A stretch of 61,232 bases of DNA from the NCBI GenBank assembly GCA_045531145.1, contig JAZSDM010000007.1:1-61232 (forward strand), in the 5' to 3' direction. A program made the translations under genes and the position numbers. Below are positions 9,907 through 19,453 of the stretch, in pieces. Each line of letters begins with the position of its first letter. Position 1 is the first letter of the stretch. Source of the DNA: Acutalibacteraceae bacterium. Lineage in GTDB: Bacteria; Bacillota; Clostridia; Oscillospirales; Acutalibacteraceae. The notes under the pieces were generated by a model, which saw only the letters and a program-made list of their open reading frames with translations, had not been told where the DNA came from and searched no databases.

Positions 9907-11130
9907 TTATTCTCCTTTAGAATTAACAGTACAGTTCAGTTTACCGTCGGTCAAAGTTAGGGTTAAGTTATCCCCTTCATTGATGTCCTTTGTGCTTGAA
10001 ATCACCTTACTGTTATGCTCTGCAACAGCAAATCCGCGTGATAAAACTTTTAACGGACTTAATGCATCAAGCTTTGAAATAGTGTTTGAAAGTCTTGTTT
10101 TGTTGTTATTTAAAATATTTTGATAGTTTGAAAGCAAATTATCTGTCAAGTTATCAAGTACTTCGTATCTTGTAGAAACAAGCATATCAATTGTTTTTCT
10201 AAAAATAAGCGAATTTGTAATTTTTTCAAGCCTTACTTTATTCAAGTTGTATTTCGCATAAAGTGAAGTTTTTAAGTTGGATATATAAGAATTAATTTTT
10301 ACATTTATTTCATTAATATCAGGAACTGCAAGCTCAGCTGCGGCAGAAGGTGTTGGTGCGCGCAAATCGGCAACAAAATCGCATATTGTAAAGTCTGTTT
10401 CGTGCCCTACAGCCGAAATTACAGGTATTGGTGATTCATAAATCTTTCGTGCCAAAAGTTCACTGTTAAATGCCCAAAGGTCTTCTATAGAGCCGCCGCC
10501 GCGCCCAATGATTATTGTATCACAGTTGCCGAGAGCATAAACTCTTTCGAGCGCATTTATCATATCCCCTACAGCTTTTTCGCCTTGAACAGCAACAGGA
10601 CAAAGTAAAATTTCGGCTAAGGGCCAACGGCGTGATAAAATATTGATAATATCCTGCACCGCAGCACCTGTATCAGAGGTTATAACTGCAATGCGGTTTG
10701 GGAATTTTGGTATTGCGCGTTTTGATTCGCTATCAAACAGTCCCTCTTTTGAAAGACGTTCTTTAATTTGTTCAAACTGAAGCGCAATATCACCTTTACC
10801 GAACTCATGCATTTCTTGTGCGTAAAATTGGTACTGCCCGTCCTTTTCATACAAGGAAACTTTACCCCTTAAGGTTACCTGTAAACCGTCACACACGGCA
10901 AATTTTACGTACTGTGCAAAACCTTTAAACATAACGCAACGGATGGATGCATCCTTATCTTTTAAAGTAAAATACAGATGACCGCTTGCGTAGTGGTTTT
11001 TAAAGTTGGAAATTTCGCCGGTTACGGTAATATCGTTAAGACGTACATCGCCTTCAATTAAAGATTTAACAAATAAATTAAGCTGACGTACCGTTAATGA
11101 ATTGTTTTGCATATTATAAAGACTTAGCAA
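9907..11130 (-). CDS. xseA: exodeoxyribonuclease VII large subunit
   Basis: OB-fold N-terminus, GRGGGSIEDLWAFN catalytic region, C-terminal coiled coil. The true start may be the second Met (about 11112). Confidence 0.92.
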   Translation of the reverse strand: MLSLYNMQNNSLTVRQLNLFVKSLIEGDVRLNDITVTGEISNFKNHYASGHLYFTLKDKDASIRCVMFKGFAQYVKFAVCDGLQVTLRGKVSLYEKDGQYQFYAQEMHEFGKGDIALQFEQIKERLSKEGLFDSESKRAIPKFPNRIAVITSDTGAAVQDIINILSRRWPLAEILLCPVAVQGEKAVGDMINALERVYALGNCDTIIIGRGGGSIEDLWAFNSELLARKIYESPIPVISAVGHETDFTICDFVADLRAPTPSAAAELAVPDINEINVKINSYISNLKTSLYAKYNLNKVRLEKITNSLIFRKTIDMLVSTRYEVLDNLTDNLLSNYQNILNNNKTRLSNTISKLDALSPLKVLSRGFAVAEHNSKVISSTKDINEGDNLTLTLTDGKLNCTVNSKGE

Positions 11131-11506
11131 CGGTAGACAAAATACCGTTTACAAAAGAAGCATCATCTTTAGTGGCATACTTTTTGCAAAGTTCAACCGC
11201 CTCGTTAATTGAAACCGAAACAGGAATGTCGTCCATAAATTTAATTTCAAAAAGTGCAAGTCTTAAAACAGATAAAGCGGTTTTGGAAATTCTTGAAATA
11301 CTCCAACCTATAGCATTTTCTGAAACTATATTATCAAGTGTTTCAAGGTTATCATAAACACCAGCAAATACAGTTTTTATATAATCGTCAGGTTCTAAAT
11401 CTCTTACTTCGTTTGCAAGTTCAAGTATTTCTTCAACCGATTCAGTGTTGAAAACTTTTTCAAAAATTAATATAAATGCTTCTTCTCTTGCTTGTTTACG
11501 TTTCAT
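11114..11506 (-). CDS. nusB: transcription antitermination factor NusB
   Basis: 130-aa all-helical NusB-family sequence (RKQAREEAF..., SINEAVELCKKY). Confidence 0.9.
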   Translation of the reverse strand: MKRKQAREEAFILIFEKVFNTESVEEILELANEVRDLEPDDYIKTVFAGVYDNLETLDNIVSENAIGWSISRISKTALSVLRLALFEIKFMDDIPVSVSINEAVELCKKYATKDDASFVNGILSTVAKSL

Positions 11507-11589
11507 ACCGCACCTCTAATATATTTATACAGTATTAATTATATATTAAAATATGCATATTTTCAAGCATATTATTGAATTTTATGCAT

Positions 11590-11626
11590 AAAAAAGACAC
11601 CGATTTTTAAAAAATCAGTGTCTTTA
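11590..11626 (-). terminator. rho-independent terminator ending the his operon
   Basis: Minus strand: AAAGACACTGATTTTTT/AAAAATCGGTGTCTTT stem followed by a T run, 12 nt after the hisIE stop. Confidence 0.75.
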
Positions 11627-11637
11627 CGAAAAATTGA

Positions 11638-12288
11638 TTAATTTGTCATTTTTTCTTGCTTTACTTTGTGGTCAATAATGTGTCTTGAAGCGAGTTCATT
11701 GTGGACATCTTCAACGCTTATTCCCATCTCAACCATCAAAACCATAGCGTGATACATTAGGTCTGCGAGTTCATAGATAGTTTCATTTTTATCGTCTGCT
11801 TTTGCGGCGATAATAACTTCAGTAGATTCTTCCCCAACTTTTTTAAGGATTTTATCAATTCCCTTTTCAAAAAGATATGTGGTATATGAACCCTCAGGTT
11901 TTTTAATTTGACGGTCTTTTAGCATATCGTAAAGACTTTGAATACTGAATTCTTGCAAACTTTCACTCTGCCAAATGGTATTTGTAAAGCAAGAATCAGT
12001 TCCCTTGTGGCAAGCGGGACCGTCTTTTTCAACAACAACAACTAATGCGTCATTGTCGCAGTCGGCGGTGATGCTCACAATGTGTTGGTAATTACCGCTA
12101 GTTTCCCCTTTTAGCCAAAGTTCTTTACGGGAACGGCTGTAAAAACAAGTAAGTCCCTTTTCAATAGAAATTTTAAGACTTTCTTTGTTCATATAAGCAA
12201 CGGTTAATACCTTTTTGGTTACCGAATCAACAACAACAGCGGGAATCAAACCGTTTTGGTCAAATTTAAGTTGGTTAATATCTATCAT
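11638..12288 (-). CDS. hisI: bifunctional phosphoribosyl-AMP cyclohydrolase / phosphoribosyl-ATP diphosphatase
   Basis: N-terminal PRA-CH domain ([11 protein letters not shown] zinc site) fused to a C-terminal PRA-PH (MazG-like) domain. Confidence 0.92.
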   Translation of the reverse strand: MIDINQLKFDQNGLIPAVVVDSVTKKVLTVAYMNKESLKISIEKGLTCFYSRSRKELWLKGETSGNYQHIVSITADCDNDALVVVVEKDGPACHKGTDSCFTNTIWQSESLQEFSIQSLYDMLKDRQIKKPEGSYTTYLFEKGIDKILKKVGEESTEVIIAAKADDKNETIYELADLMYHAMVLMVEMGISVEDVHNELASRHIIDHKVKQEKMTN

Positions 12289-12291
12289 TTA

Positions 12292-13050
12292 TTACAACCT
12301 CACAATAATATCATTACTTTTAAGTGTTTCTTTAAGTTTTGGAATTTCAATTTCACCGAAATGAAAAACCGATGCCGCAAGGGCAGCGTCAATATCGGGA
12401 ATTTGTTTAAATAAATCGGTGAAATGCTCAGTACAACCTGCACCGCCCGAAGCGATAACAGGTACATTTACCGCTTCACAAACAAGTTTTAATAACGGTA
12501 TATCAAACCCTTGTTTTACGCCGTCGGTATCAATTGAATTTACAACAATTTCCCCTGCGCCCGAATTAACACCTTGCTTTATCCATTCAATAGCATCCAT
12601 TCCGGTGTCTTCTCTGCCGCCTTTCGCAAAAACGTGAAATTCACCGTTTACGCGCTTAATGTCAACCGATAAAACAACACATTGGTCACCGTACTTTTGT
12701 GCGGCTTCATATATAAGTTTTGGGTTTCTTATTGCGCCTGAATTTACACTTACTTTATCGGCACCGCATTTTAGCACTCTGTCAAAATCATCAAGTGTGT
12801 TTATACCTCCGCCAACAGTCAGGGGTATAAATATTTCGGATGCAACTTCGGTTAGAATATCGGTAAATAACTGACGCCCCTCAAAAGATGCGGTTATATC
12901 GTAAAAAACGAGTTCGTCTGCACCGCTGTTTGAATAATATCTTGCTAATTCAATAGGCGAAGAAACATCAGAAAGTCCTTTGAAATTTGTTCCTTTAACT
13001 ACCCTGCCGTTTTTAATATCAAGGCAAGGAATTATGCGTTTGGTAATCAT
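12292..13050 (-). CDS. hisF: imidazole glycerol phosphate synthase cyclase subunit
   Basis: MITKRIIPCLD start and a (beta/alpha)8 barrel with an ASGGAG phosphate site. The ATG at 13050 overlaps the hisA stop (ATGA). Confidence 0.93.
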   Translation of the reverse strand: MITKRIIPCLDIKNGRVVKGTNFKGLSDVSSPIELARYYSNSGADELVFYDITASFEGRQLFTDILTEVASEIFIPLTVGGGINTLDDFDRVLKCGADKVSVNSGAIRNPKLIYEAAQKYGDQCVVLSVDIKRVNGEFHVFAKGGREDTGMDAIEWIKQGVNSGAGEIVVNSIDTDGVKQGFDIPLLKLVCEAVNVPVIASGGAGCTEHFTDLFKQIPDIDAALAASVFHFGEIEIPKLKETLKSNDIIVRL

Positions 13051-13760
13051 TTTGCCACCTCCAACGCTTCGCAAAGGTCGATTGCGCCAATATAATACGC
13101 TTTTCCGATAATAGTGCCGTAAATGTCCATTTCGTGAAGTTTCTTTACATCCTCGATAGAAGAAACACCGCCGGAAGCAGTAATGTCCAAACTGTATTTT
13201 TGTGATAATTCGCGGTAAAGTTCTAAATTAGTGCCTTTCATAGCACCGTCTTTAGAAATATCGGTACAAATCACATTTTTAATGCCCAGATTTTGCATTT
13301 TTGAAAGAAAATCATCAAGAGTTAACTGCGATTTTTCTATCCAACCTTTAATTGCAATAAATCCGTCTTTAACGTCCGCACCTACTACGGTTTTCTGTCC
13401 GAATTTTTCGATGCAAGTTTTTAAAAAAGACTCGTCTTCAACTGCTGCTGTTCCTAAAATAATACGAGAAACACCTGCATCAATATATTTTTGTGCAGTT
13501 TCGATTGTGCGGATACCACCGCCGATTTCGACAAAAAGCGATGTTTCATTCACAATTTGACGCACAATGTCAATGTTCGGTGTTGTACCGAATTTAGCAC
13601 CCTCCAAATCAACGATGTGGATATGAGTTGCACCTTTTTGTTCAAAATCTTTTGCAATTTCTATTGGATTATTGCTATAAACGGTCATATTCTGGTAATC
13701 GCCTTTATAAAGACGAACTGCCTTTTTATCAAATAAATCTATGGCAGGAAAAATTATCAT
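13047..13760 (-). CDS. hisA: ProFAR isomerase
   Basis: MIIFPAIDL start, GGGIR and SGGVSS motifs. Confidence 0.93.
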   Translation of the reverse strand: MIIFPAIDLFDKKAVRLYKGDYQNMTVYSNNPIEIAKDFEQKGATHIHIVDLEGAKFGTTPNIDIVRQIVNETSLFVEIGGGIRTIETAQKYIDAGVSRIILGTAAVEDESFLKTCIEKFGQKTVVGADVKDGFIAIKGWIEKSQLTLDDFLSKMQNLGIKNVICTDISKDGAMKGTNLELYRELSQKYSLDITASGGVSSIEDVKKLHEMDIYGTIIGKAYYIGAIDLCEALEVAK

Positions 13761-14377
13761 ATTTTATCCTCCGTTTCGCAAAATGCACGAAGTATATTAA
13801 GTCCAACATTTCCGCTTTTTTCGGGATGGAATTGGCAACCGCAAACATTTCTCATTTCTACCGCCGCGGTAATTTCTTTGCCGTATTCTGCAGTGGCAAT
13901 TACACTTTCTTCGCAGTCATCAGCATAAAAAGAATGAACAAAATAAACACAGTCTTCCTGGTTTATGTACTTAAATAAATTGCTTTTCTTTTTAAAGTGT
14001 AATGCGTTCCAGCCAATATGCGGAATTTTTAGATTAGCAGGTATAGAATTTTCCATTGGTACAACGCTGCCTTTTAAAAGTCCAAGCCCTTGGTGTTCGC
14101 CGTATTCGTAACTTTTTTCAAAAAGAAGCTGCATACCAAGGCAAATACCCATAATCTTTTTGCCGTTTTGGGCGGCATTTTTTATAACAAGGTCAAGCCC
14201 TGAATCTCTTAATTTTTTAGCGGCATCGGCAAAAGCGCCAACACCGGGTAAAATTATCTTATCAGCCGATTCAATCACTTCTTTATCGGAAGTGATTAAA
14301 ATATCAGCACCGATTTTTTTAAATGATGAAGATAAAGAAAATAAATTACCAACACCGTAATCAATTATTGCTATCAT
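13757..14377 (-). CDS. hisH: imidazole glycerol phosphate synthase glutaminase subunit
   Basis: Class I amidotransferase: GICLGMQ nucleophile elbow and HPEKS. Confidence 0.93.
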   Translation of the reverse strand: MIAIIDYGVGNLFSLSSSFKKIGADILITSDKEVIESADKIILPGVGAFADAAKKLRDSGLDLVIKNAAQNGKKIMGICLGMQLLFEKSYEYGEHQGLGLLKGSVVPMENSIPANLKIPHIGWNALHFKKKSNLFKYINQEDCVYFVHSFYADDCEESVIATAEYGKEITAAVEMRNVCGCQFHPEKSGNVGLNILRAFCETEDKI

Positions 14378-14964
14378 TAAATAATACCTTTCGTTGAGGG
14401 AACTTCATTTGCTAATTCGGAGTCAATTTTAACTGCTTTTCTTAAACTTCTGGCAACTGATTTAAAAGAGCCTTCGATTATGTGGTGTGAATTTATGCCG
14501 TCAATCATAACAATATGCAAAGAGATACCTGCTTGTCTTGCGAAAGCATCCCAGAATTCTTTGCAAAGTTCGGTATCAAAATCGCCGACTTTCTCGGTGG
14601 GAATTTCCATATTATAGTAACAGTTTCCCCTGCCGGAAATATCAACCGCAGACAAAATCAGGGCTTCGTCCATTGGAAGAACAATATCGCCGTAACGATT
14701 AATTCCCTTTTTATCGCCCAAAGCATCTGCAAAAGCATTACCTAAACAAATGCCAATATCTTCAGTTGTGTGATGATAGTCAACTTCTGTATCGCCTACG
14801 CATCTAACATCTAAATCAAATCTTGCATGTTTTGCAAATAAAGTTAACATATGGTCTAAAAATCCGCAACCTGTATTAATGTTACTTATGCCCTTGCCGT
14901 CAATATTAAGAGATAATGTTATATCAGTTTCGTTAGTTTTTCTCGCGATTTGTGAGTTTCTCAT
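14377..14964 (-). CDS. hisB: imidazoleglycerol-phosphate dehydratase
   Basis: DYHHTTED and HHIIEG metal motifs. Start set to the ATG at 14964, 8 nt after GAGGAG. Confidence 0.92.
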   Translation of the reverse strand: MRNSQIARKTNETDITLSLNIDGKGISNINTGCGFLDHMLTLFAKHARFDLDVRCVGDTEVDYHHTTEDIGICLGNAFADALGDKKGINRYGDIVLPMDEALILSAVDISGRGNCYYNMEIPTEKVGDFDTELCKEFWDAFARQAGISLHIVMIDGINSHHIIEGSFKSVARSLRKAVKIDSELANEVPSTKGII

Positions 14965-14966
14965 TT

Positions 14967-16028
14967 TTAACACTCCTCTAAGATTTCTTTTAATGTGTTA
15001 ATAAAAGTTTCCATTTGGTCGATTGTACCAACAGTAATACGAATATAATCTTTGATACGATTTTTACCAAAATGTCTTATTAAAATTCCGCGTTTTTTAA
15101 GTTCTAAATATAATTTTTCGCCGTCAATTTTATCAGACTTTGCAAAAATAAAGTTTGCTTTTGACGGCAGTACCGTAAATCCAATACTTTTAAGTTCTGC
15201 TTCGGTCCATTCGCGGTTTTTTATAATGGTTTTGCAGTTGTCCATATAATAATCATTATCATTAAGTGCGGCAACACCTGCAAATTCGGTCAAACGGTTT
15301 ACGTTATATGGATTAGTAGAATATTTAATTGTGTTAAGGTCGGCAATAAGATTTTTATTACCTATACCGAAACCAAGTCTTGCCCCCGCCATTGAACGCG
15401 ATTTTGAAAAGGTTTGTGTCACAAGTAAATTATCGTATTTTTCGATAAGTTTAATTGCGCTTTCACCACCAAAATCAATATACGCTTCGTCAATAATAAC
15501 AACATTATCAGGATTGCTTTTTAAAATATTTTCAATATCTACAAGTGATAAGCAAAGCCCTGTCGGTGCATTTGGATTAGCTATAACGATTGTTTTGTTA
15601 ATACCTATGTAATCACTTACATCAACCGAAAAATCGTCTTTTAAGGGTATTTCTGTGTACGGTATATTATTTAATTGCGCGAAAACGGGATAAAAACCGT
15701 AAGTTATATCAGGAAAAACAATTGGGTTTTGATTATCTGCAAAAGCCATAAAAGCAAAATTAAGTACTTCGTCCGAACCGTTGGTAACAATTATCTGTTC
15801 GGGTGAAACGGAATAAATTTCGGCAAGTTTTTTTCTTAAATTAATGCTTTCGGGGTCTGAATATAACTGTAGCTTTTTGCTTTCTTCCATTAGCGCCACT
15901 TCAACCGACGCAGAAACACCAAAAGGCGATTCATTTGTATTGAGTTTTAAATACTTCATATCCTTTGGTTGTTCACCAGGTGTGTAAGGGGTTAGACAAT
16001 CATATTTTTTTGAAAAAAATTTACTCAT
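14967..16028 (-). CDS. hisC: histidinol-phosphate aminotransferase
   Basis: Class II aminotransferase, 353 aa, PLP-lysine context TFSKSRSMAGARLG. Confidence 0.92.
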   Translation of the reverse strand: MSKFFSKKYDCLTPYTPGEQPKDMKYLKLNTNESPFGVSASVEVALMEESKKLQLYSDPESINLRKKLAEIYSVSPEQIIVTNGSDEVLNFAFMAFADNQNPIVFPDITYGFYPVFAQLNNIPYTEIPLKDDFSVDVSDYIGINKTIVIANPNAPTGLCLSLVDIENILKSNPDNVVIIDEAYIDFGGESAIKLIEKYDNLLVTQTFSKSRSMAGARLGFGIGNKNLIADLNTIKYSTNPYNVNRLTEFAGVAALNDNDYYMDNCKTIIKNREWTEAELKSIGFTVLPSKANFIFAKSDKIDGEKLYLELKKRGILIRHFGKNRIKDYIRITVGTIDQMETFINTLKEILEEC

Positions 16029-17308
16029 TTTTCATCCTCGAAACGTATTACTGCGCTTTTTGCGTGGGCATCAAGACCCTCTTTGTCAGCAAAATATTCA
16101 ATTTTTTCTGCAACCTTTGATAAAGCGTCTTTAGTGTAGTATGTAAACTGTGATTTTTTTACAAAATCGTCAACCGAAAGCGGTGAAGAAAATCTTGCAG
16201 TACCGCTTGTAGGTAATGTGTGGTTAGGACCTGCAAAATAGTCACCTAACGCTTCGGGACAGTATTTACCCATAAAGATTGAACCGGCGTGTTTAATTTT
16301 GTCAAGATAGTCAAAAGGATTATCAACACAAAGTTCCAAGTGTTCGGGGGCGATTTCGTTAGCTATATCAATAGCAAGCATTAAGTTATTTTCTGCAACA
16401 ATAATTTTACCGTTATTATCAATCGAAGCGCGTGCAATTTCACTTCTTGTTAACTGCGGAATTTGTTTTTCAATTTCTTCGCTTACTGCCCTTGCAAACT
16501 CAAAACTGTCAGTTACCAAAACTGCGCTTGCCATTTTGTCGTGCTCGGCTTGAGAAAGAAGGTCAGCCGCGACATATCTTGCATTTGCAGTAGAATCAGC
16601 AACAACAAGAATTTCGCTCGGTCCTGCAATCATATCAATAGAAACCTTACCAAATACCTGTTTTTTGGCTTCTGCAACAAAAGCGTTACCCGGACCTACA
16701 ATTTTATCAACTTTAGGAACACTTTCAGTTCCATAAGCCAAAGCGGCAACTGCTTGCGCGCCGCCAACCTTAAAAATACGGTCAACTCCTGCGATTTTTG
16801 CGGCGGCAAGTATTACGGGATTAACCTTTCCGTTTGCAAGCGGCGGTGTTACCATTACAATTTCACTGCAACCTGCAATTTTTGCGGGAATACTGTCCAT
16901 AAGGACAGTCGATGGATATGCCGCAGTACCGCCCGGTACATAAAGTCCAACCTTTTCAATAGGCATTACCTTTTGACCGATAACAATACCGTTATCTTGG
17001 TTGATTATAAAACTGTTACGCACCTGTTTTTGATGGAAATTACGGATGTTCTCAGCCGCTTCTTTTAGAATTTCAATAAACTTTTTATCAACCGATAAAA
17101 ATGCTTCATCAATTTCTTCTTGCGTAACTTCGAGTGATTTAAGATCTGCTTTATCAAATTTAAGACAGTAATCAAATAAAGCACGATCGCCATTATTTAT
17201 TACGTTTTGAATAATTTCTGTAACAATATCCTCAACATTTGCCGAGATATTATCTCTTGCGAAGATTTCGTCACTTGAAACTTCATTATAATTTAAAATT
17301 TTAATCAT
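16025..17308 (-). CDS. hisD: histidinol dehydrogenase
   Basis: 427 aa; SQAEHD and GDYxAGPNHTLPT motifs. Confidence 0.94.
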   Translation of the reverse strand: MIKILNYNEVSSDEIFARDNISANVEDIVTEIIQNVINNGDRALFDYCLKFDKADLKSLEVTQEEIDEAFLSVDKKFIEILKEAAENIRNFHQKQVRNSFIINQDNGIVIGQKVMPIEKVGLYVPGGTAAYPSTVLMDSIPAKIAGCSEIVMVTPPLANGKVNPVILAAAKIAGVDRIFKVGGAQAVAALAYGTESVPKVDKIVGPGNAFVAEAKKQVFGKVSIDMIAGPSEILVVADSTANARYVAADLLSQAEHDKMASAVLVTDSFEFARAVSEEIEKQIPQLTRSEIARASIDNNGKIIVAENNLMLAIDIANEIAPEHLELCVDNPFDYLDKIKHAGSIFMGKYCPEALGDYFAGPNHTLPTSGTARFSSPLSVDDFVKKSQFTYYTKDALSKVAEKIEYFADKEGLDAHAKSAVIRFEDEK

Positions 17309-17930
17309 TATTTTCTACCTGATTCTTTATGGAATTAACAATATCTTCAATTATTTGACCTTTGAATTTAAAGGAAGATTTGTTTGAAATAAGTCTTGCG
17401 CTTATAGGCAAAAATTTATTAACTACCGAAAGATTATTTTCTTTAAGGGTTGTTCCCGTTTCAACAATATCAACAATAACGTCCGAAAGTGATAAAATCG
17501 GTGCAATTTCTATAGAACCGTTAAGTTTGATAATGTCGATTTCTCTGCCAAGACGTGAGTAATAATCAGCGGCAATTTTAGTGAATTTTGTGGCAACGCG
17601 TAAGGTTTTTTCGCCGTCATCGTGAAAACCGTCAGGCGCTGCAACTGCCATATGGCACTTACCTAAATTAAGGTCTAAAAGTTCATAAACATCTGGTTCA
17701 TATTCAAGTAAAATGTCTTTTCCTGCAACACCTATGTCAGCCGCACCGCGTTCTACATAGATTGCAACATCACTCGGTTTTACCCAAAAATATCTAACCT
17801 GTTTTTCGGGGTTTTCAAAAATAAGTTTACGGCTGTTTTCTTTTATTGAAGGGCATTCGAAACCTGCGGCTTCAAACATTGCATAAACCTTTTCGCCAAG
17901 TCTGCCTTTAGGCAAAGCAATATTAAGCAT
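17301..17930 (-). CDS. hisG: ATP phosphoribosyltransferase, short form
   Basis: 209 aa, lacks the C-terminal regulatory domain. Paired with hisZ immediately upstream. Confidence 0.92.
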   Translation of the reverse strand: MLNIALPKGRLGEKVYAMFEAAGFECPSIKENSRKLIFENPEKQVRYFWVKPSDVAIYVERGAADIGVAGKDILLEYEPDVYELLDLNLGKCHMAVAAPDGFHDDGEKTLRVATKFTKIAADYYSRLGREIDIIKLNGSIEIAPILSLSDVIVDIVETGTTLKENNLSVVNKFLPISARLISNKSSFKFKGQIIEDIVNSIKNQVENND

Positions 17931-19029
17931 TAAACCCTTCCTTTCTTAAATCAATAATTTCCTTGTATCTGAGTTTTTGCGGAATACATTTCTGTGCATT
18001 GACTGTTTTGCCGGATTTGATTATTTTTTCAACAGTTTCTGCTACTAATTTTTTTTCGCAAAAATCATCGTAAATAAGTAAAACTTCAAAATCAAAACCG
18101 CTTTTATCGTTTTTTAACTGCTCAAGTAAATCGAGATAAAGCGCAAAACCGATTGCACCCGATTTTCGTTGCATTTTTTTCATTAGGTTATCATACTGAC
18201 CGCCTGCAAGAATACCGTCACAAATTCCCTCTATAAAACCTTTAAACACAATGCCGTTGTAGTAGTTCATATCGTTTACAACCGAAAAATCAAAAACGAT
18301 TTTTGAACTTAACGGTGATTTTTCAAGCATTTGTGACAGTGTTTTAAGTTCATCTAAAGACTCTTTTGCGATTTTGCCGCAAATATTTTCCAATTCACAA
18401 ATTACTTTATTTCTTTCGCCGTAAATTGAAATAAAACTGCAAAGAATTGAGGTGTAATTTTCTTCGATATTGTATTCAACGCAAAGACGTTTAAGGTCAT
18501 GAGCGTTTTTATCAGCAATCAAACCGATTGCTTTTGTTTTAAAAATTTTATTATCGCATACAGTGTCAAGCACGCTTGCCAACACACCCAAATGCGAAAT
18601 TTCAAGCACAAAATTATCAGAAATAAGCGCAAGGCTTTCTGCAGCCAAACTTACAGTTTCGTAGATATCGTATAAGTCAATATCTCCTATACATTCAAGA
18701 CCTGCCTGCATAATTTCCTTATATCTATGTGTGTTTTCGGATACACGGTAAACATTCTCGTTATAGAAAACCTTTTGCTTTTGTCCATTAATATCTTCGC
18801 AGTTTTTTATAATCGAAAGTGTAACATCAGGCTTTAAGGCTAAAAGTTTGCCGTTAGTGTCATTAAATGTGATAATACGGTCACTAATTAAAAAATCTTT
18901 GTTTCTTATGTAAAACTCGTATTCCTCAAACTTACTCATTTTAAACGGTTTATAACCGTATTTGCTGTAAAGTGAACGTAACGAAAAAATTGCCTTTTCT
19001 TCACTTTTCAGAATATTTACATCAATCAT
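17923..19029 (-). CDS. hisZ: ATP phosphoribosyltransferase regulatory subunit
   Basis: HisRS paralogue without an anticodon-binding domain; 368 aa; overlaps the hisG start. Confidence 0.88.
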   Translation of the reverse strand: MIDVNILKSEEKAIFSLRSLYSKYGYKPFKMSKFEEYEFYIRNKDFLISDRIITFNDTNGKLLALKPDVTLSIIKNCEDINGQKQKVFYNENVYRVSENTHRYKEIMQAGLECIGDIDLYDIYETVSLAAESLALISDNFVLEISHLGVLASVLDTVCDNKIFKTKAIGLIADKNAHDLKRLCVEYNIEENYTSILCSFISIYGERNKVICELENICGKIAKESLDELKTLSQMLEKSPLSSKIVFDFSVVNDMNYYNGIVFKGFIEGICDGILAGGQYDNLMKKMQRKSGAIGFALYLDLLEQLKNDKSGFDFEVLLIYDDFCEKKLVAETVEKIIKSGKTVNAQKCIPQKLRYKEIIDLRKEGFNA

Positions 19030-19322
19030 TTGCTATTTTCCTCATTCAATCTGTCAATTACGGTTTTGTAACCGCCTGTGCCGTATTCACAACATTTACT
19101 TACACGGCTTATTGTAGCGGAGCTGGCTCCGGTTGCAGTTGCAATTTTTGTATAACTTATTCCCTTTTGCAACAACTTTGCAACGGATAATCTTTGTGAA
19201 ATATCAAGAACTTCTTTGATAGTACAAATATCCTCTAAGAAAGCGTAACATTCATCTTCGGTTTTAAGAGAAAGCAAAGCTTTACATAATTCATCTGTAC
19301 TTTGATTATGCCAATTACTCAT
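19026..19322 (-). CDS. TrpR-like YerC/YecD-family DNA-binding protein (candidate his operon regulator)
   Basis: 98 aa; HTH ISYTKIATATGASSATISRV and C-terminal CxxYG motif. Its stop overlaps the hisZ start. Confidence 0.8.
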   Translation of the reverse strand: MSNWHNQSTDELCKALLSLKTEDECYAFLEDICTIKEVLDISQRLSVAKLLQKGISYTKIATATGASSATISRVSKCCEYGTGGYKTVIDRLNEENSK

Positions 19323-19365
19323 ATATAATCTCCTTAAAAATCACTTTACCGTGCTAATGTAATGA

Positions 19366-19394
19366 ATTATACTACTTGAAACTCGGTTTGTCAA
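19366..19394 (-). promoter_or_regulatory. consensus sigma-A promoter of the yerC-like/his operon
   Basis: Minus strand: TTGACA (19389-19394), 17 nt, TATAAT (19366-19371). Confidence 0.65.
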
Positions 19395-19413
19395 CCATTA
19401 TATCAAAGTTTTT

Positions 19414-19444
19414 TATAAAAAAATGCCCCCACATTTGTGAGGGC
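19414..19444 (-). terminator. rho-independent terminator after the P-type ATPase gene
   Basis: Minus strand: GCCCTCAC-AAAT-GTGGGGGC followed by ATTTTTTT. Confidence 0.8.
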
Positions 19445-19453
19445 AAATTCTTT

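Noticed and set aside
11507-11637. T-box or attenuator RNA around nusB/his and upstream of tyrS
   Set aside because: The interval holds only a terminator and a TTGAAA-17-TATAAT promoter. No specifier-loop or T-box (AGAGA, GGUGGUAC) sequences were seen. tyrS has no leader at all.
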